Positions 50,783-59,971 of a stretch of 64,000 nt of DNA are shown one piece after another. The number at the start of each line of letters is the position of its first letter. Within the stretch, counting starts at the first letter, position 1. The notes under the pieces are model-generated. The model saw only the letters and a program-made list of their open reading frames with translations, had not been told where the DNA came from and searched no databases. A program made the position numbers and the translations under genes. Origin of the DNA: an uncultured Alistipes sp. (lineage in GTDB: Bacteria; Bacteroidota; Bacteroidia; Bacteroidales; Rikenellaceae); assembly GCA_944321765.1 (NCBI GenBank), contig CALUMQ010000024.1, positions 40,514 to 104,513 of the forward strand, written 5' to 3'.

Positions 50783-50829
50783 GGCAACGTCTGCAGCCTA
50801 CGGCTCTGCCGCGTAAAAGCAATGCATCC

Positions 50830-50860
50830 GGAGCGCCGATCCCGTTGGGACCGGCGCTCC
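50830..50860 (+). other. Stem-loop downstream of skp (no U-tract)
   Basis: ggagcgccgatccc-gtt-gggaccggcgctcc. Confidence 0.6.
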
Positions 50861-50869
50861 GTGCGTTCC

Positions 50870-50935
50870 GGGAGGGGCTGAAGGGCCGGAGGGGCCGGAG
50901 AAACTGAAGGGACTGAAGGGCTGGAAGGGCTGGAG
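50870..50935 (+). repeat. Degenerate 9-mer G-rich repeat (ctgaaggg / ccggagggg)
   Basis: About seven imperfect units with GGG/GGGG runs. Confidence 0.75.
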
Positions 50936-51105
50936 CGACACAAAGAAGCTGCGATCCCGGGACGGCAGGACGGAGACTTCGATAAGGGGTTAAAATTGTT
51001 CAAATCCTCCGTATATCAGACCTCCCAGACAATAAATCGAGTCAAAAATCCGATCTTTGTAAAAGAATCAAGATCGGGAGATTTCCGGTCCAAACGTTTC
51101 GAACA

Positions 51106-52035
51106 ATGACTCCGAACGACAACAGCAACAGCAATACCGAACCATCCATCAACGACTTCTCGCTCGGCGACCTGATGCGGATGGCCGGCGATACACCGGG
51201 ATCGGGTCTGACGGACGAATGCATCGTCGCCACGACCGATTCACGCATGCAGGCCTTCCGGTTCCCCTGCCGCATCGATGCCTACATCATCGGTGTGGGA
51301 ACCGAAGGCGAAACTCGTCAAACGTTCAATCTCAAGGAGTACCGGCTGCACAAGGATTCGATGTTCATCTTTCCGCCGAGGAACATCCTGCACCAGAAGC
51401 AGGGCGGAGAAGATTTCAAGGCTCATCTTATCATTCTGAGCACGCAGCTCATCCGGCGTATGCACATCGACACGAAGAAACTGATTCCCCTGCTGCTGAA
51501 GTTCTCGGCACACCCGTGTCTGGAGCTGACGTCCGCAGAGAGTCTGTCCATCCGCAACTACATCTCGACAATCGAGAACGAGCTGAAGGCCCCGAAGACG
51601 GAATTTACCGACGGCATCATCGAAGGGCTGATCTCCGCCTTGTTCTACAAGGTTGGGACCATCCTGCAAAACTACCTCGCCATACATCCCGAGGAGGAGC
51701 TTCCGGTTCAGAACCGCACCGAAGAGTACTTCCGTCGCTTCATGGCGCTGCTCAGCGAGCACTACCTTCACGAACGCAGCGTGGGATTCTATGCCCGCCA
51801 GCTCTGCATCACCCCGAAGTACCTCACTACGATGATCAAACAGATCAGTGGAAAATCAGCCTCGGAGTGGATCGACAGCTACGTCATTCTCGAAGCCAAG
51901 ACGCTGCTCAAGTATTCGCACAAGAGTATTCAGGAGATCGCCTACTACCTGAATTTCCCCAATCAGTCGTTTTTCGGCAGTTACTTCAAGCGCAACACAG
52001 GCATGTCGCCGTCGCAATACAAGGCGGCCCGCTGA
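51106..52035 (+). CDS. AraC-family transcriptional regulator
   Basis: RSVGFYARQLCITPKYL, IQEIAYYLNFPNQSFFGSYFKRNTGMSP. Confidence 0.93.
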   Translation: MTPNDNSNSNTEPSINDFSLGDLMRMAGDTPGSGLTDECIVATTDSRMQAFRFPCRIDAYIIGVGTEGETRQTFNLKEYRLHKDSMFIFPPRNILHQKQGGEDFKAHLIILSTQLIRRMHIDTKKLIPLLLKFSAHPCLELTSAESLSIRNYISTIENELKAPKTEFTDGIIEGLISALFYKVGTILQNYLAIHPEEELPVQNRTEEYFRRFMALLSEHYLHERSVGFYARQLCITPKYLTTMIKQISGKSASEWIDSYVILEAKTLLKYSHKSIQEIAYYLNFPNQSFFGSYFKRNTGMSPSQYKAAR

Positions 52036-52048
52036 GGCAACGGAAGCA

Positions 52049-54457
52049 TCAGAACGGATAGCCGACGCCGAAGTTGAGCGCCGTATTCTTCCACTTGAAG
52101 TTGTGAATCCACCGCTCCCCGGCCGGTTGATTGGGGTTGTGGAGCTGAATACCCCAGTCGAGGCGCAGCACGGCAAACTTGATGTCCAGGCGCAGGCCCA
52201 GTCCCGTATTGAAACCCAGCTGCTTATAGAAGTTGTTGAAGAAGAAGACCGCATCGTCGGAGTACTCCGCCGGATTGCGGCGTATGTACCAGATGTTTCC
52301 CAGATCGAAGAACGTCGCTCCGTGGACAATGCCCCAGAGCGGGAAGCGCAACTCAAGGTTTGCTTCGAGCTTCACGTCGCCGGTCTGGATGGGATAGACG
52401 CTGCGCGGATCGGGGACAGAGCCCTGCCCCAGCGTACGCGGAGCCCAGCCGCGCATGCCGTTGCTGCCGCCGCAGTAGAACTGCCGGTCGAAGGGTACCG
52501 ACGTGGAGTTGCCGTAGGCCATCGCCACACCGCCATAGAGGTGACCGACCAGCGCTGTGGCATCCCCGAGCATGATCTTGCGGCTGATGCTCAAATCCGT
52601 ACGGAAATACTGCGAATACTGGATGCCGAAGATCGTGTAGTAGTCCTTGCCGGAGGCCGGGGCAAAGAAGAGATGCTCGACGGCATCGATCAGGTTGCCG
52701 GCGGTCTCGAAATTGAAACGTACGTTGGTCGCATTGCCGCCGAAGTTCTTCCGCTGGTTGTTGAAGCTGTACCCGAACGACAGTCCACCGACAAACTGGG
52801 TGCGGAAACTCTCCAGCAGGTAGCGGTTGGCCGTCAGCTCGCCGTCGACGGTCAGGAACGATTCGTCGAGATTCTCCACGTCGATGACGTTGATGTCGAC
52901 GGGGCGCAGCGAAAAGGTCGAATAGCGGTGGTTGGTCCACATGTAGTCGATCCCGGCGCTCGACAACGTCCGGTTGTAATAGGGACGGTCCTGGAAGTTG
53001 ACCGAGAGTTCGAACTTCGTGCGCGGCTGATTGACCGAGTGACGCCCCACGTGCCACGGGAGCAGGAAGCGCGGGAAAGTCAGCCCCGTCGTAACGCCGA
53101 ACTCCGTGGCCCGCTTCTTCTTGGCATCCGGGGCCTTCATGAATTCGTAGCCGGCCGTAAAGGAGACATCGAACGCTTCGGCTCCGCGGAAGATGTTGCG
53201 GTTCTGGTACCCCACGGTGGCCTTCAGTCCATAGAAGGTCGAGGTGGTGCTCCCCTCGAGGTCGACCTTGATGCTCTGGCGGAGGGTCGGCGTGCAGAAG
53301 ATGTTGCAGCGCAGGTACCCCTCGCGCGTATAGATCGACTGCTGCGTTGAGTCGGCCTCAGCCCCGATGTAGGAGACGAAGTTCGAACTGTCCGCCTTCA
53401 TGGGCAGCTCCTCGAAGGAGATGCGGGCGCTCTTGAAATAGCCCAACGACATGAGGTTGTTGTACGTACGGTCGACCCGCGAAGCGTTGTAGACGTAGTT
53501 GGGATAGAGCGGTACGGTCTGCCGCAGGACCGAAGGCCGCAGATCGGGCTTCTTCTCGTAGATGACATTCAGCCCCCGGTAGTGGATCGTGTCGAGGCGC
53601 GAACGCCAGCCGCTGTCGCGTTGCTCGGCGGCAGGATCATAATCGGGGAAGATGTTGATCCCGTCGATACGGTAGACCATGTTGTTGTCCAGCACGGCGC
53701 GGCCCCGTTCGTCATACCCCGAGAGGTACTGGTTGACGATCAGCTGCAGATCGACCTGTTCGTCGCCGCCCAGCGTATCGGCCTCATAGAAGATGTTGTT
53801 GACCGAGAAGTTGTAGTATCCGCGATCCTTGAGGTAGGAGGTGATGCGCTCGCGCTCGGCATCGAGTACGGCGATGTTGAACACATCGCCGCGGTGCAGC
53901 AGCGTATGCACCGTATCGGGCAGGACGATCTGTTCGAGGAACCGGTCGCGGAAGGCATAGGAGATCGAGTCGATGCGGTAAGGACGCCCCTGTCGCGTGC
54001 GGAAGGTCACCGTGGCACGCTTGCGCCGCGAGGTGGTATCGACCTCGAAGGTCGCCGCGGAATTGAAGAAACCCCGCGAATCCATGTAGACCTTGAGGTT
54101 CTGCACGCTCTTCTGCGTGAGCCCCAGGTCCAGCAGCACGGGAGCCTCCCCCACCTTGCGTTTCCATTCGTTCCACCGGTTCTCCTTCGACGAATCGGCG
54201 TGTTCATAAAGCCAGACATAGAAGTTCGTCCCCAGGAAGCGTTTGTTGGGACTCTGGCGCACGTATTTTTCGAGTTCATAGGCCCGGATACGCTCCTTGC
54301 GGGGCGTTGACTTGTCATCCTCGATCCGAACCCTGCGCAACAGGTACTCTCCCTCGGGAATCCGACGCGTGACGTTGCAGGCCGAGCACAAAAGGCTCAG
54401 CAAGGCCGTACAACACAATATGCGGCGAACTCCACGCACGGGGATCTGCGGTGTCAC
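52049..54457 (-). CDS. tamL: Omp85-family lipoprotein TamL (translocation and assembly module)
   Basis: Lipobox CSAC; POTRA domains; GGSNGMRGW, LELRFP, GLGLRLD, NFGVGYPF; GTG start overlapping upstream stop. Confidence 0.85.
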   Translation of the reverse strand: MTPQIPVRGVRRILCCTALLSLLCSACNVTRRIPEGEYLLRRVRIEDDKSTPRKERIRAYELEKYVRQSPNKRFLGTNFYVWLYEHADSSKENRWNEWKRKVGEAPVLLDLGLTQKSVQNLKVYMDSRGFFNSAATFEVDTTSRRKRATVTFRTRQGRPYRIDSISYAFRDRFLEQIVLPDTVHTLLHRGDVFNIAVLDAERERITSYLKDRGYYNFSVNNIFYEADTLGGDEQVDLQLIVNQYLSGYDERGRAVLDNNMVYRIDGINIFPDYDPAAEQRDSGWRSRLDTIHYRGLNVIYEKKPDLRPSVLRQTVPLYPNYVYNASRVDRTYNNLMSLGYFKSARISFEELPMKADSSNFVSYIGAEADSTQQSIYTREGYLRCNIFCTPTLRQSIKVDLEGSTTSTFYGLKATVGYQNRNIFRGAEAFDVSFTAGYEFMKAPDAKKKRATEFGVTTGLTFPRFLLPWHVGRHSVNQPRTKFELSVNFQDRPYYNRTLSSAGIDYMWTNHRYSTFSLRPVDINVIDVENLDESFLTVDGELTANRYLLESFRTQFVGGLSFGYSFNNQRKNFGGNATNVRFNFETAGNLIDAVEHLFFAPASGKDYYTIFGIQYSQYFRTDLSISRKIMLGDATALVGHLYGGVAMAYGNSTSVPFDRQFYCGGSNGMRGWAPRTLGQGSVPDPRSVYPIQTGDVKLEANLELRFPLWGIVHGATFFDLGNIWYIRRNPAEYSDDAVFFFNNFYKQLGFNTGLGLRLDIKFAVLRLDWGIQLHNPNQPAGERWIHNFKWKNTALNFGVGYPF

Positions 54458-55200
54458 TGGTTGAAGAATCCCTTTTCCCTGAGCAGCTCGAAATAGGAGC
54501 GCGAGAAGGCCAGGCTGTCGTCGCGCACGTAGCGGCGGTCGGTAAACACCCGGGCCAGATTGGGCAGTCCGTTCTCCTCGAGCAGCTGCTTGGTCAGCGC
54601 CGACTCTTCGCGCTCGGCCCACAGTTCGTCGATCTCCGCAGCCGTGTAATCGGTATACTTCTCGTAGTGGACAACGGCCTCAAGCGGCAGACGGTCGGTC
54701 AGTCCGGGAGTCTCGGCCGGGTAGCCCATCACGATGGTCGTCACGGGAATGACCCCTTTGGGGAGTGTCAGGATCCGCGCGATATCCCCGGCCGTATAGA
54801 GGGTCGTACCGAGGTAGCAGATCCCCAGTCCGTGCATTTCGGCCTCGACGCAGAGATTCTGCGCCGCCAGCAGGGCGTCGGTCACGGCATTGAGGAACCA
54901 TCCGAAGTTGTCGTAGGCGGGATCGGCCTCGCGCTGCCGGCACCACATCGAGAAGCGGTGGACATCGGCGCAGACCGTCACCACACACGGAGCTTCGGTG
55001 ACCATCGGCTGGTTGAAGTGGCAGGGCGCCAACTGCTCGCGCAGCGCCTTGTCGCGGGTCACGATGAGCGAGTAGAGCTGCATGTTGCCGCACGTCGAGG
55101 CGCGCACCGCAGCTTCAAGACATTCGCGGAGCAGCTCCTCGGGGATCGGTTCAGGCCGGAATTTACGTATCGAACGATGCTTGAACAGCACACTTTTCAT
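54454..55200 (-). CDS. Nitroreductase / NADPH-flavin oxidoreductase (NfsA/FRP-like)
   Basis: HRSIRKF, ASTCGNMQLYS, AAQN..GLGICYLG, DRLPLEAVVH. Confidence 0.9.
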   Translation of the reverse strand: MKSVLFKHRSIRKFRPEPIPEELLRECLEAAVRASTCGNMQLYSLIVTRDKALREQLAPCHFNQPMVTEAPCVVTVCADVHRFSMWCRQREADPAYDNFGWFLNAVTDALLAAQNLCVEAEMHGLGICYLGTTLYTAGDIARILTLPKGVIPVTTIVMGYPAETPGLTDRLPLEAVVHYEKYTDYTAAEIDELWAEREESALTKQLLEENGLPNLARVFTDRRYVRDDSLAFSRSYFELLREKGFFNQ

Positions 55201-55275
55201 GGAATCGGAATTTTTTAATGGCAGAAAAAAATCCTCCGCGGCAACTTTTCGGGAATGCCGGACGGATATTTTTCA

Positions 55276-55313
55276 CAAAAGTAGCAAAACTTTTAGAAGT
55301 TTTACTATTTTTG
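55276..55313. promoter_or_regulatory. Symmetric divergent promoter nitroreductase / dapF
   Basis: TACTTTTG (minus) and TATTTTTG (plus) at the ends of a 17-bp imperfect inverted repeat. Confidence 0.7.
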
Positions 55314-55334
55314 TCTTTACATAACAAGCGGAAA

Positions 55335-56141
55335 ATGCGCACGGCATTTGCAAAATACGAGGGTGCTGGCAACGACTTCATCCTGATCGACAACCGTGAG
55401 GAGGGCTTTACTCCCGACGCGGCGCTGATCGCCCGGTTGTGCGACCGCCACTTCGGCATCGGGGCCGACGGGCTGATGACCCTTTCGCGCAACGCCGAGA
55501 TCGACTGTTCGATGCGCTACTACAACGCCGACGGATCGCTGGGCGAGATGTGCGGAAACGGCGCACGCTGCTTTGCGCTCTTTGCCGAGCACCTCGGCAT
55601 CGGCGGGGAGACGAAGTTCTTCGACGCCACCGACGGGCTCCACATCGCCCGCATCCGCCGCACGAAGGGTGCCGCGGGGGAGATCGAGCTCGGCATGATC
55701 GCCGTACGCGAGATCCGCGAGGGCGACGGATGGTGGTTCCTCAACACGGGCGTTCCCCACTACGTGGAGTTCGTCGAGGATCTCGACGCGGTGGACGTCT
55801 GCACGCGCGGACGGCAGATCCGCTACGACCTCGAACGCTTCCCCCAGGGGACGAACGTCAACTTCGTGCAGCCGCTCGGCGCGGGCGAAATCCGCATGCG
55901 CACCTACGAACGCGGCGTGGAGAACGAGACGCTGGCCTGCGGAACCGGCGCCACGGCCGCAGCCATCGTCACAGCCTTCGTCCGGCAGCCCGGAACGACG
56001 CGCTTTCGCGTACACGTCCCCGGAGGCCAACTCACGGTGCGCTTTTCACACGAACCCGCCACCACGATCTTTACCGACATCCATCTGACAGGCCCCGCAC
56101 GCCGCGTCTTCAATGGAGAGTTCGATACCGAGAACTTTTAA
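55335..56141 (+). CDS. dapF: Diaminopimelate epimerase
   Basis: KYEGAGNDF, GIGADG, MCGNGARC, NTGVPH, ERGVENETLACGTG. Confidence 0.96.
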   Translation: MRTAFAKYEGAGNDFILIDNREEGFTPDAALIARLCDRHFGIGADGLMTLSRNAEIDCSMRYYNADGSLGEMCGNGARCFALFAEHLGIGGETKFFDATDGLHIARIRRTKGAAGEIELGMIAVREIREGDGWWFLNTGVPHYVEFVEDLDAVDVCTRGRQIRYDLERFPQGTNVNFVQPLGAGEIRMRTYERGVENETLACGTGATAAAIVTAFVRQPGTTRFRVHVPGGQLTVRFSHEPATTIFTDIHLTGPARRVFNGEFDTENF

Positions 56142-56176
56142 CGTTTTTCCCAACCTTTTTCCACCCTTTCCTTCCC

Positions 56177-56377
56177 ATGAAAACACAAAAGGGAATCCGC
56201 GAACACGACACGGATGAACTTCGCAAGGCCAAGCGCCTCGAACCGATACGCAAAAGCGGCAAGGAACGTCATGCCCTCTACACGCGCTATGCCGAGGAGG
56301 ACGACGAAGAAGACTACCTTCCCGCGCGCCGCGAATCCGCCTACGACTACCTCGACGACGAGGAGGAAGAGGCTTAA
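56177..56377 (+). CDS. Small highly charged hypothetical protein (66 aa)
   Basis: ATG 56177; fills the gap between dapF and the hydrolase; GC3-rich codons. Confidence 0.65.
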   Translation: MKTQKGIREHDTDELRKAKRLEPIRKSGKERHALYTRYAEEDDEEDYLPARRESAYDYLDDEEEEA

Positions 56378-56389
56378 ATTCCGAAATTC

Positions 56390-57286
56390 ATGATCGAAAA
56401 ATTCATCATGGCAGGCCCCACGGCCCTGCATGTCTGCGACTCCCAGCAGGGGGAACACTGCATCGTGCTGCTGCACGGATACCTCGAATCGATGCTCGTA
56501 TGGAGCGACTTCGTACCGCTGCTCTACAAGCAGGCGCGCGTCGTTACGCTCGACCTCCCGGGGCACGGCATCTCGGTGGTCACCGGCGAGGTGCACACGA
56601 TGGAGTTCCTGGCCGACACGGTGGCCGAGGCGCTTAAGGCGCTGGGCATCGAACGCTGCACGCTCGTCGGACACTCGATGGGCGGCTATGTGGCCCTGGC
56701 CTTCTGCGAACGTCACCCCGAGATGCTCGACGGCGTGGTGCTGCTCAGCTCGACCCCCAACCCCGACACGGCGGAGAAGGCCGAGAACCGGCGGCGCGAA
56801 ATCGCCCTGGTGAAGGCCGGGCGGAAGGAGCTGCTGGCACGGGTGGCCCCTGCGGCGGGATTCGCCGAGGAGAACCGCGAACGGATGAAGGATGCGATCG
56901 AGGATCTGACCGAACAGGTCTTCATCACCGAGGATGACGGGATCGTGGCGCTGCTCAACGGCATGATCCAGCGCAAGGATCAGAACGAGATGCTGCGGAA
57001 GACGAAGATTCCGGTACTCTTCATCCTCGGGCGCAAGGACAACTACATTCCGCCGGAGGTGGCCGAGAAGATGGTTGCCGCGCATCCCGAGGCGCGGGTT
57101 GTCTGGCTCGAGAACTCCGGGCACATGGGATTCCTCGAGGAGCCCGAGGCCACGGCTGCTGCACTTCTGGACTTCGCCGGCGTGAAGGCCGCGGAGGCTT
57201 CGGACGCGAAACCGCAGACGATGGAAACAGCCGAAGAGACGGCAAAGGCGGCAACATCCGACCCGGCGGAGGCTCACAACGAGTAA
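56390..57286 (+). CDS. Alpha/beta hydrolase
   Basis: LLHGY, DLPGHG, GHSMGG nucleophile elbow, GRKD, SGHMG. Confidence 0.92.
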   Translation: MIEKFIMAGPTALHVCDSQQGEHCIVLLHGYLESMLVWSDFVPLLYKQARVVTLDLPGHGISVVTGEVHTMEFLADTVAEALKALGIERCTLVGHSMGGYVALAFCERHPEMLDGVVLLSSTPNPDTAEKAENRRREIALVKAGRKELLARVAPAAGFAEENRERMKDAIEDLTEQVFITEDDGIVALLNGMIQRKDQNEMLRKTKIPVLFILGRKDNYIPPEVAEKMVAAHPEARVVWLENSGHMGFLEEPEATAAALLDFAGVKAAEASDAKPQTMETAEETAKAATSDPAEAHNE

Positions 57287-57290
57287 CCGG

Positions 57291-57410
57291 CGTTCCGGGG
57301 ATGGGCACGGAGGGCGCAGAGGGGCGAGAGTAGTGCAGAGGTGCAGAGGTGCAGAGGGGGCTCAGAGGGACGCAGAGAGGCTCAGAAGACGCTCAGAAGA
57401 CGCTCAGAAG
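57291..57410 (+). repeat. Purine-rich microsatellite cluster
   Basis: gtgcagag x3 (57333-56); gctcagaagac x2.8 (57380-410). Confidence 0.88.
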
Positions 57411-57451
57411 GATACTTTCCCCGAATCTCTGAAAAAGATCCATCCGACAAG

Positions 57452-57497
57452 AAAGAGCGGCGGAGGAGTTTTGCAGAAAACTCCTCCGCCGCTCTTT
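57452..57497. terminator. Bidirectional terminator between convergent genes
   Basis: aaagagcggcggaggagtttt / aaaactcctccgccgctcttt. Confidence 0.85.
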
Positions 57498-57550
57498 ACT
57501 ATTCCGGAGCAGAGGCGTGCCGTCTACCCGAAAGCAGAACCTCTCGCCGC

Positions 57551-59842
57551 CTACTCGGCCCGGAAGGTCTTCGTCTGCACATCGCGGCTGTTCGGACCTA
57601 CCATCACCTGGAATTCACCCGGATCATAGCCGTATTCGAGTTGCGAATTGTAGTATTTCAACGCTTCGGAAGTCAATGTAAAGGTCACCTCGCGGCTCTC
57701 GCCCCGCTTCAGAAAGATGCGCTGAAAACCCTTCAGCTCCTTGACCGGACGCGCAATGTCGGCATAACGGTCATGGATGTAGAGCTGGACAATCTCCGCA
57801 GCATCATACGCTCCGGTATTGGTCACCGGAACCCGGACCTCCAGCGTCCCGCCCTCGGGCATCGTCTCCGCGCTGAGCGTCATCTCCCCATATTCGAACG
57901 TCGTGTAGCTCAGTCCGTATCCGAACGGATAGAGCCCGTCGTTGCGGCAGTCGATGTAGTTGCTCTGGAAGCGGTCGAAGGCATCGGGATTCCCGTCCGG
58001 ACGCCCGGTTCGCACCTGACTGTAATAGAGCGGCAGCTGCCCCACCGAACGCGGGAAGGTCGTCGTCAGCTTGCCCGACGGTACGACACGTCCGAAGAGC
58101 ACGTCCGCCACGGCATCCCCCGTCTCGCTGCCTGCAAACCAGACATTGAGAATGGCCGGGATGTTGGCCGACTCCCAGGTCAGATCGAGCGGCCGGCCCG
58201 TAAAGAGCAGCAGCACGATCGGTTTTCCCGTGGCCTGCAGCGCCTTGAGCAGATCCCGCTGCGCATCGGGGATCCGGATGTCGGTCCGCGAGGCCGACTC
58301 GCCGCTCATCTCCGAGCTCTCGCCCACCGCCGCCACGATCACATCGCTCTCGGCGGCCACCTGCAGGGCCTCTTCGAGCAGCTGCCGGTTGTCACCCCGC
58401 TGCAGCGGACGCGTTCCCACGGCCCCGCGCTCCAGCTGTTCGTCGTAGTAGATGTTGCTGCCCTTGGCATAGACGACCTCCGCTTGGTTGCCCACCGCGG
58501 CGCGCAATCCTTCGAGCAGCGTTCCGTGACGCTCGGGATCGCACGTGCTGCACCACATGCCGCACATGTTGTTGCGGGCGTCGCCCAGCGGACCGATCAG
58601 CGCAATGCGCCCCTGACGCTTCAGCGGGAGCATGCCGTCGTCGTTCTTCAGCAGAACGAAGGTCTCCGTAGCGATCCGACGCGCCTCGGCACGATGCTCT
58701 TCGGTGAAGAGCTCCTTGCGGGCACGCTCCGGACGGCAGTATTTGTAGGGGTCGTCAAAGAGACCCAGCCGATACTTCATCTCCAGCACCCGGCGGCACG
58801 CCTCATCGATGCGCGCCTCGGTTACCTTCCCTTCGCGGAGCGACTCCTCCAGCGTATTGAGGAATCCGCCCGAGACCATATCCATGTCGGTCCCGGCGTT
58901 CAACGCCCTTACGGAGGCCTCCTTCAGCGGAGCCACACCGTGCGTATCCATCTCGCCGATCGAGTTGTAGTCGGTCACCAGCAGCCCCTCGAAGCCCATC
59001 TCGTCACGCAGCAGATCGGTGAGCAGCCACCTGTTTGCCGTTGCGGGAACGCCGTCCACGGTATTGAACGAACTCATCACCGCTCCGGCTCCGGCCCGCA
59101 CCGCCGCGCGATAGGGTGCCATGTATTCGTTGTACATGCGGATGCGGCTCATGTCGGCAATGTTGTAGTCGCGACCGGACTCCGACGCGCCATAAAATGC
59201 AAAATGCTTGACACAGGTCATGATGTGACGCTCGGAGTTCCGCAGGTCGTCGCCCTGATAACCGCGCACGTAGGCCTCGGCAAGCACGGCGCCCAGGTAG
59301 GGGTCTTCGCCGTTTCCCTCGGCGATACGTCCCCAGCGGGCATCCCGCGCGATGTCGACCATCGGGCTGAAGGTCCAGCAGATGCCGTCGGCACTCGCCT
59401 CGGCCGCGGCAATCTCCGCGGCACGCTCCACCACCTCGGGATCCCAACTGCACGACATGGCCAGCGGAATCGGGAAGACGGTCTTGTAGCCATGAATCAC
59501 ATCCATGCCCACGACCAACGGGATCTTCAGCTCCGTCTCCTCGACGGCCACCCGCTGCAGCTCACGGATCTTCTCGACGCCCAGGACATTGAAAAATCCG
59601 CCGATCTTCTGCAGACGGATCGATTCGGCCAACGGACTGCACTGTACAGGGCCCGTTACCAGGTCGCCGCCCGAGGGAAGATTGAGCTGTCCCAACTTCT
59701 CCTGGAGTGTCATGCGATTCATCAACCCGGAGATGAAGCGATCCATCTCGGCATTGCCGAAATGATTGCCGATCTGTGCGGAAGCTGAACACATACAGGT
59801 AATGGCGGACATTGCCAGCCAATGTTTGATTCTTATCTTCAT
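57551..59842 (-). CDS. bglX: GH3 beta-glucosidase (BglX-like)
   Basis: DVIHG, RWGRIAEGNGEDP, KHF, VTDY nucleophile, VLLKN, YPFGYGLSYT, Fn3-like C-terminus. Confidence 0.93.
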   Translation of the reverse strand: MKIRIKHWLAMSAITCMCSASAQIGNHFGNAEMDRFISGLMNRMTLQEKLGQLNLPSGGDLVTGPVQCSPLAESIRLQKIGGFFNVLGVEKIRELQRVAVEETELKIPLVVGMDVIHGYKTVFPIPLAMSCSWDPEVVERAAEIAAAEASADGICWTFSPMVDIARDARWGRIAEGNGEDPYLGAVLAEAYVRGYQGDDLRNSERHIMTCVKHFAFYGASESGRDYNIADMSRIRMYNEYMAPYRAAVRAGAGAVMSSFNTVDGVPATANRWLLTDLLRDEMGFEGLLVTDYNSIGEMDTHGVAPLKEASVRALNAGTDMDMVSGGFLNTLEESLREGKVTEARIDEACRRVLEMKYRLGLFDDPYKYCRPERARKELFTEEHRAEARRIATETFVLLKNDDGMLPLKRQGRIALIGPLGDARNNMCGMWCSTCDPERHGTLLEGLRAAVGNQAEVVYAKGSNIYYDEQLERGAVGTRPLQRGDNRQLLEEALQVAAESDVIVAAVGESSEMSGESASRTDIRIPDAQRDLLKALQATGKPIVLLLFTGRPLDLTWESANIPAILNVWFAGSETGDAVADVLFGRVVPSGKLTTTFPRSVGQLPLYYSQVRTGRPDGNPDAFDRFQSNYIDCRNDGLYPFGYGLSYTTFEYGEMTLSAETMPEGGTLEVRVPVTNTGAYDAAEIVQLYIHDRYADIARPVKELKGFQRIFLKRGESREVTFTLTSEALKYYNSQLEYGYDPGEFQVMVGPNSRDVQTKTFRAE

Positions 59843-59971
59843 ATCAAAAAAAGTTCATGTTTTGAGCTCTCCGACCACCGATGCCGGATGCGGGTTCCGT
59901 ACCTTTGGATCGGCAACAATCCGTCCCGGTGCACGGTTTCGTCCCGCAGGAGATCGGCATCTTCGGTCTCG

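Noticed and set aside
46749-54457. Two Omp85 genes close together as a novel secretion system
   Set aside because: Explained by standard BamA plus TamL, both core Bacteroidota genes in separate convergent operons
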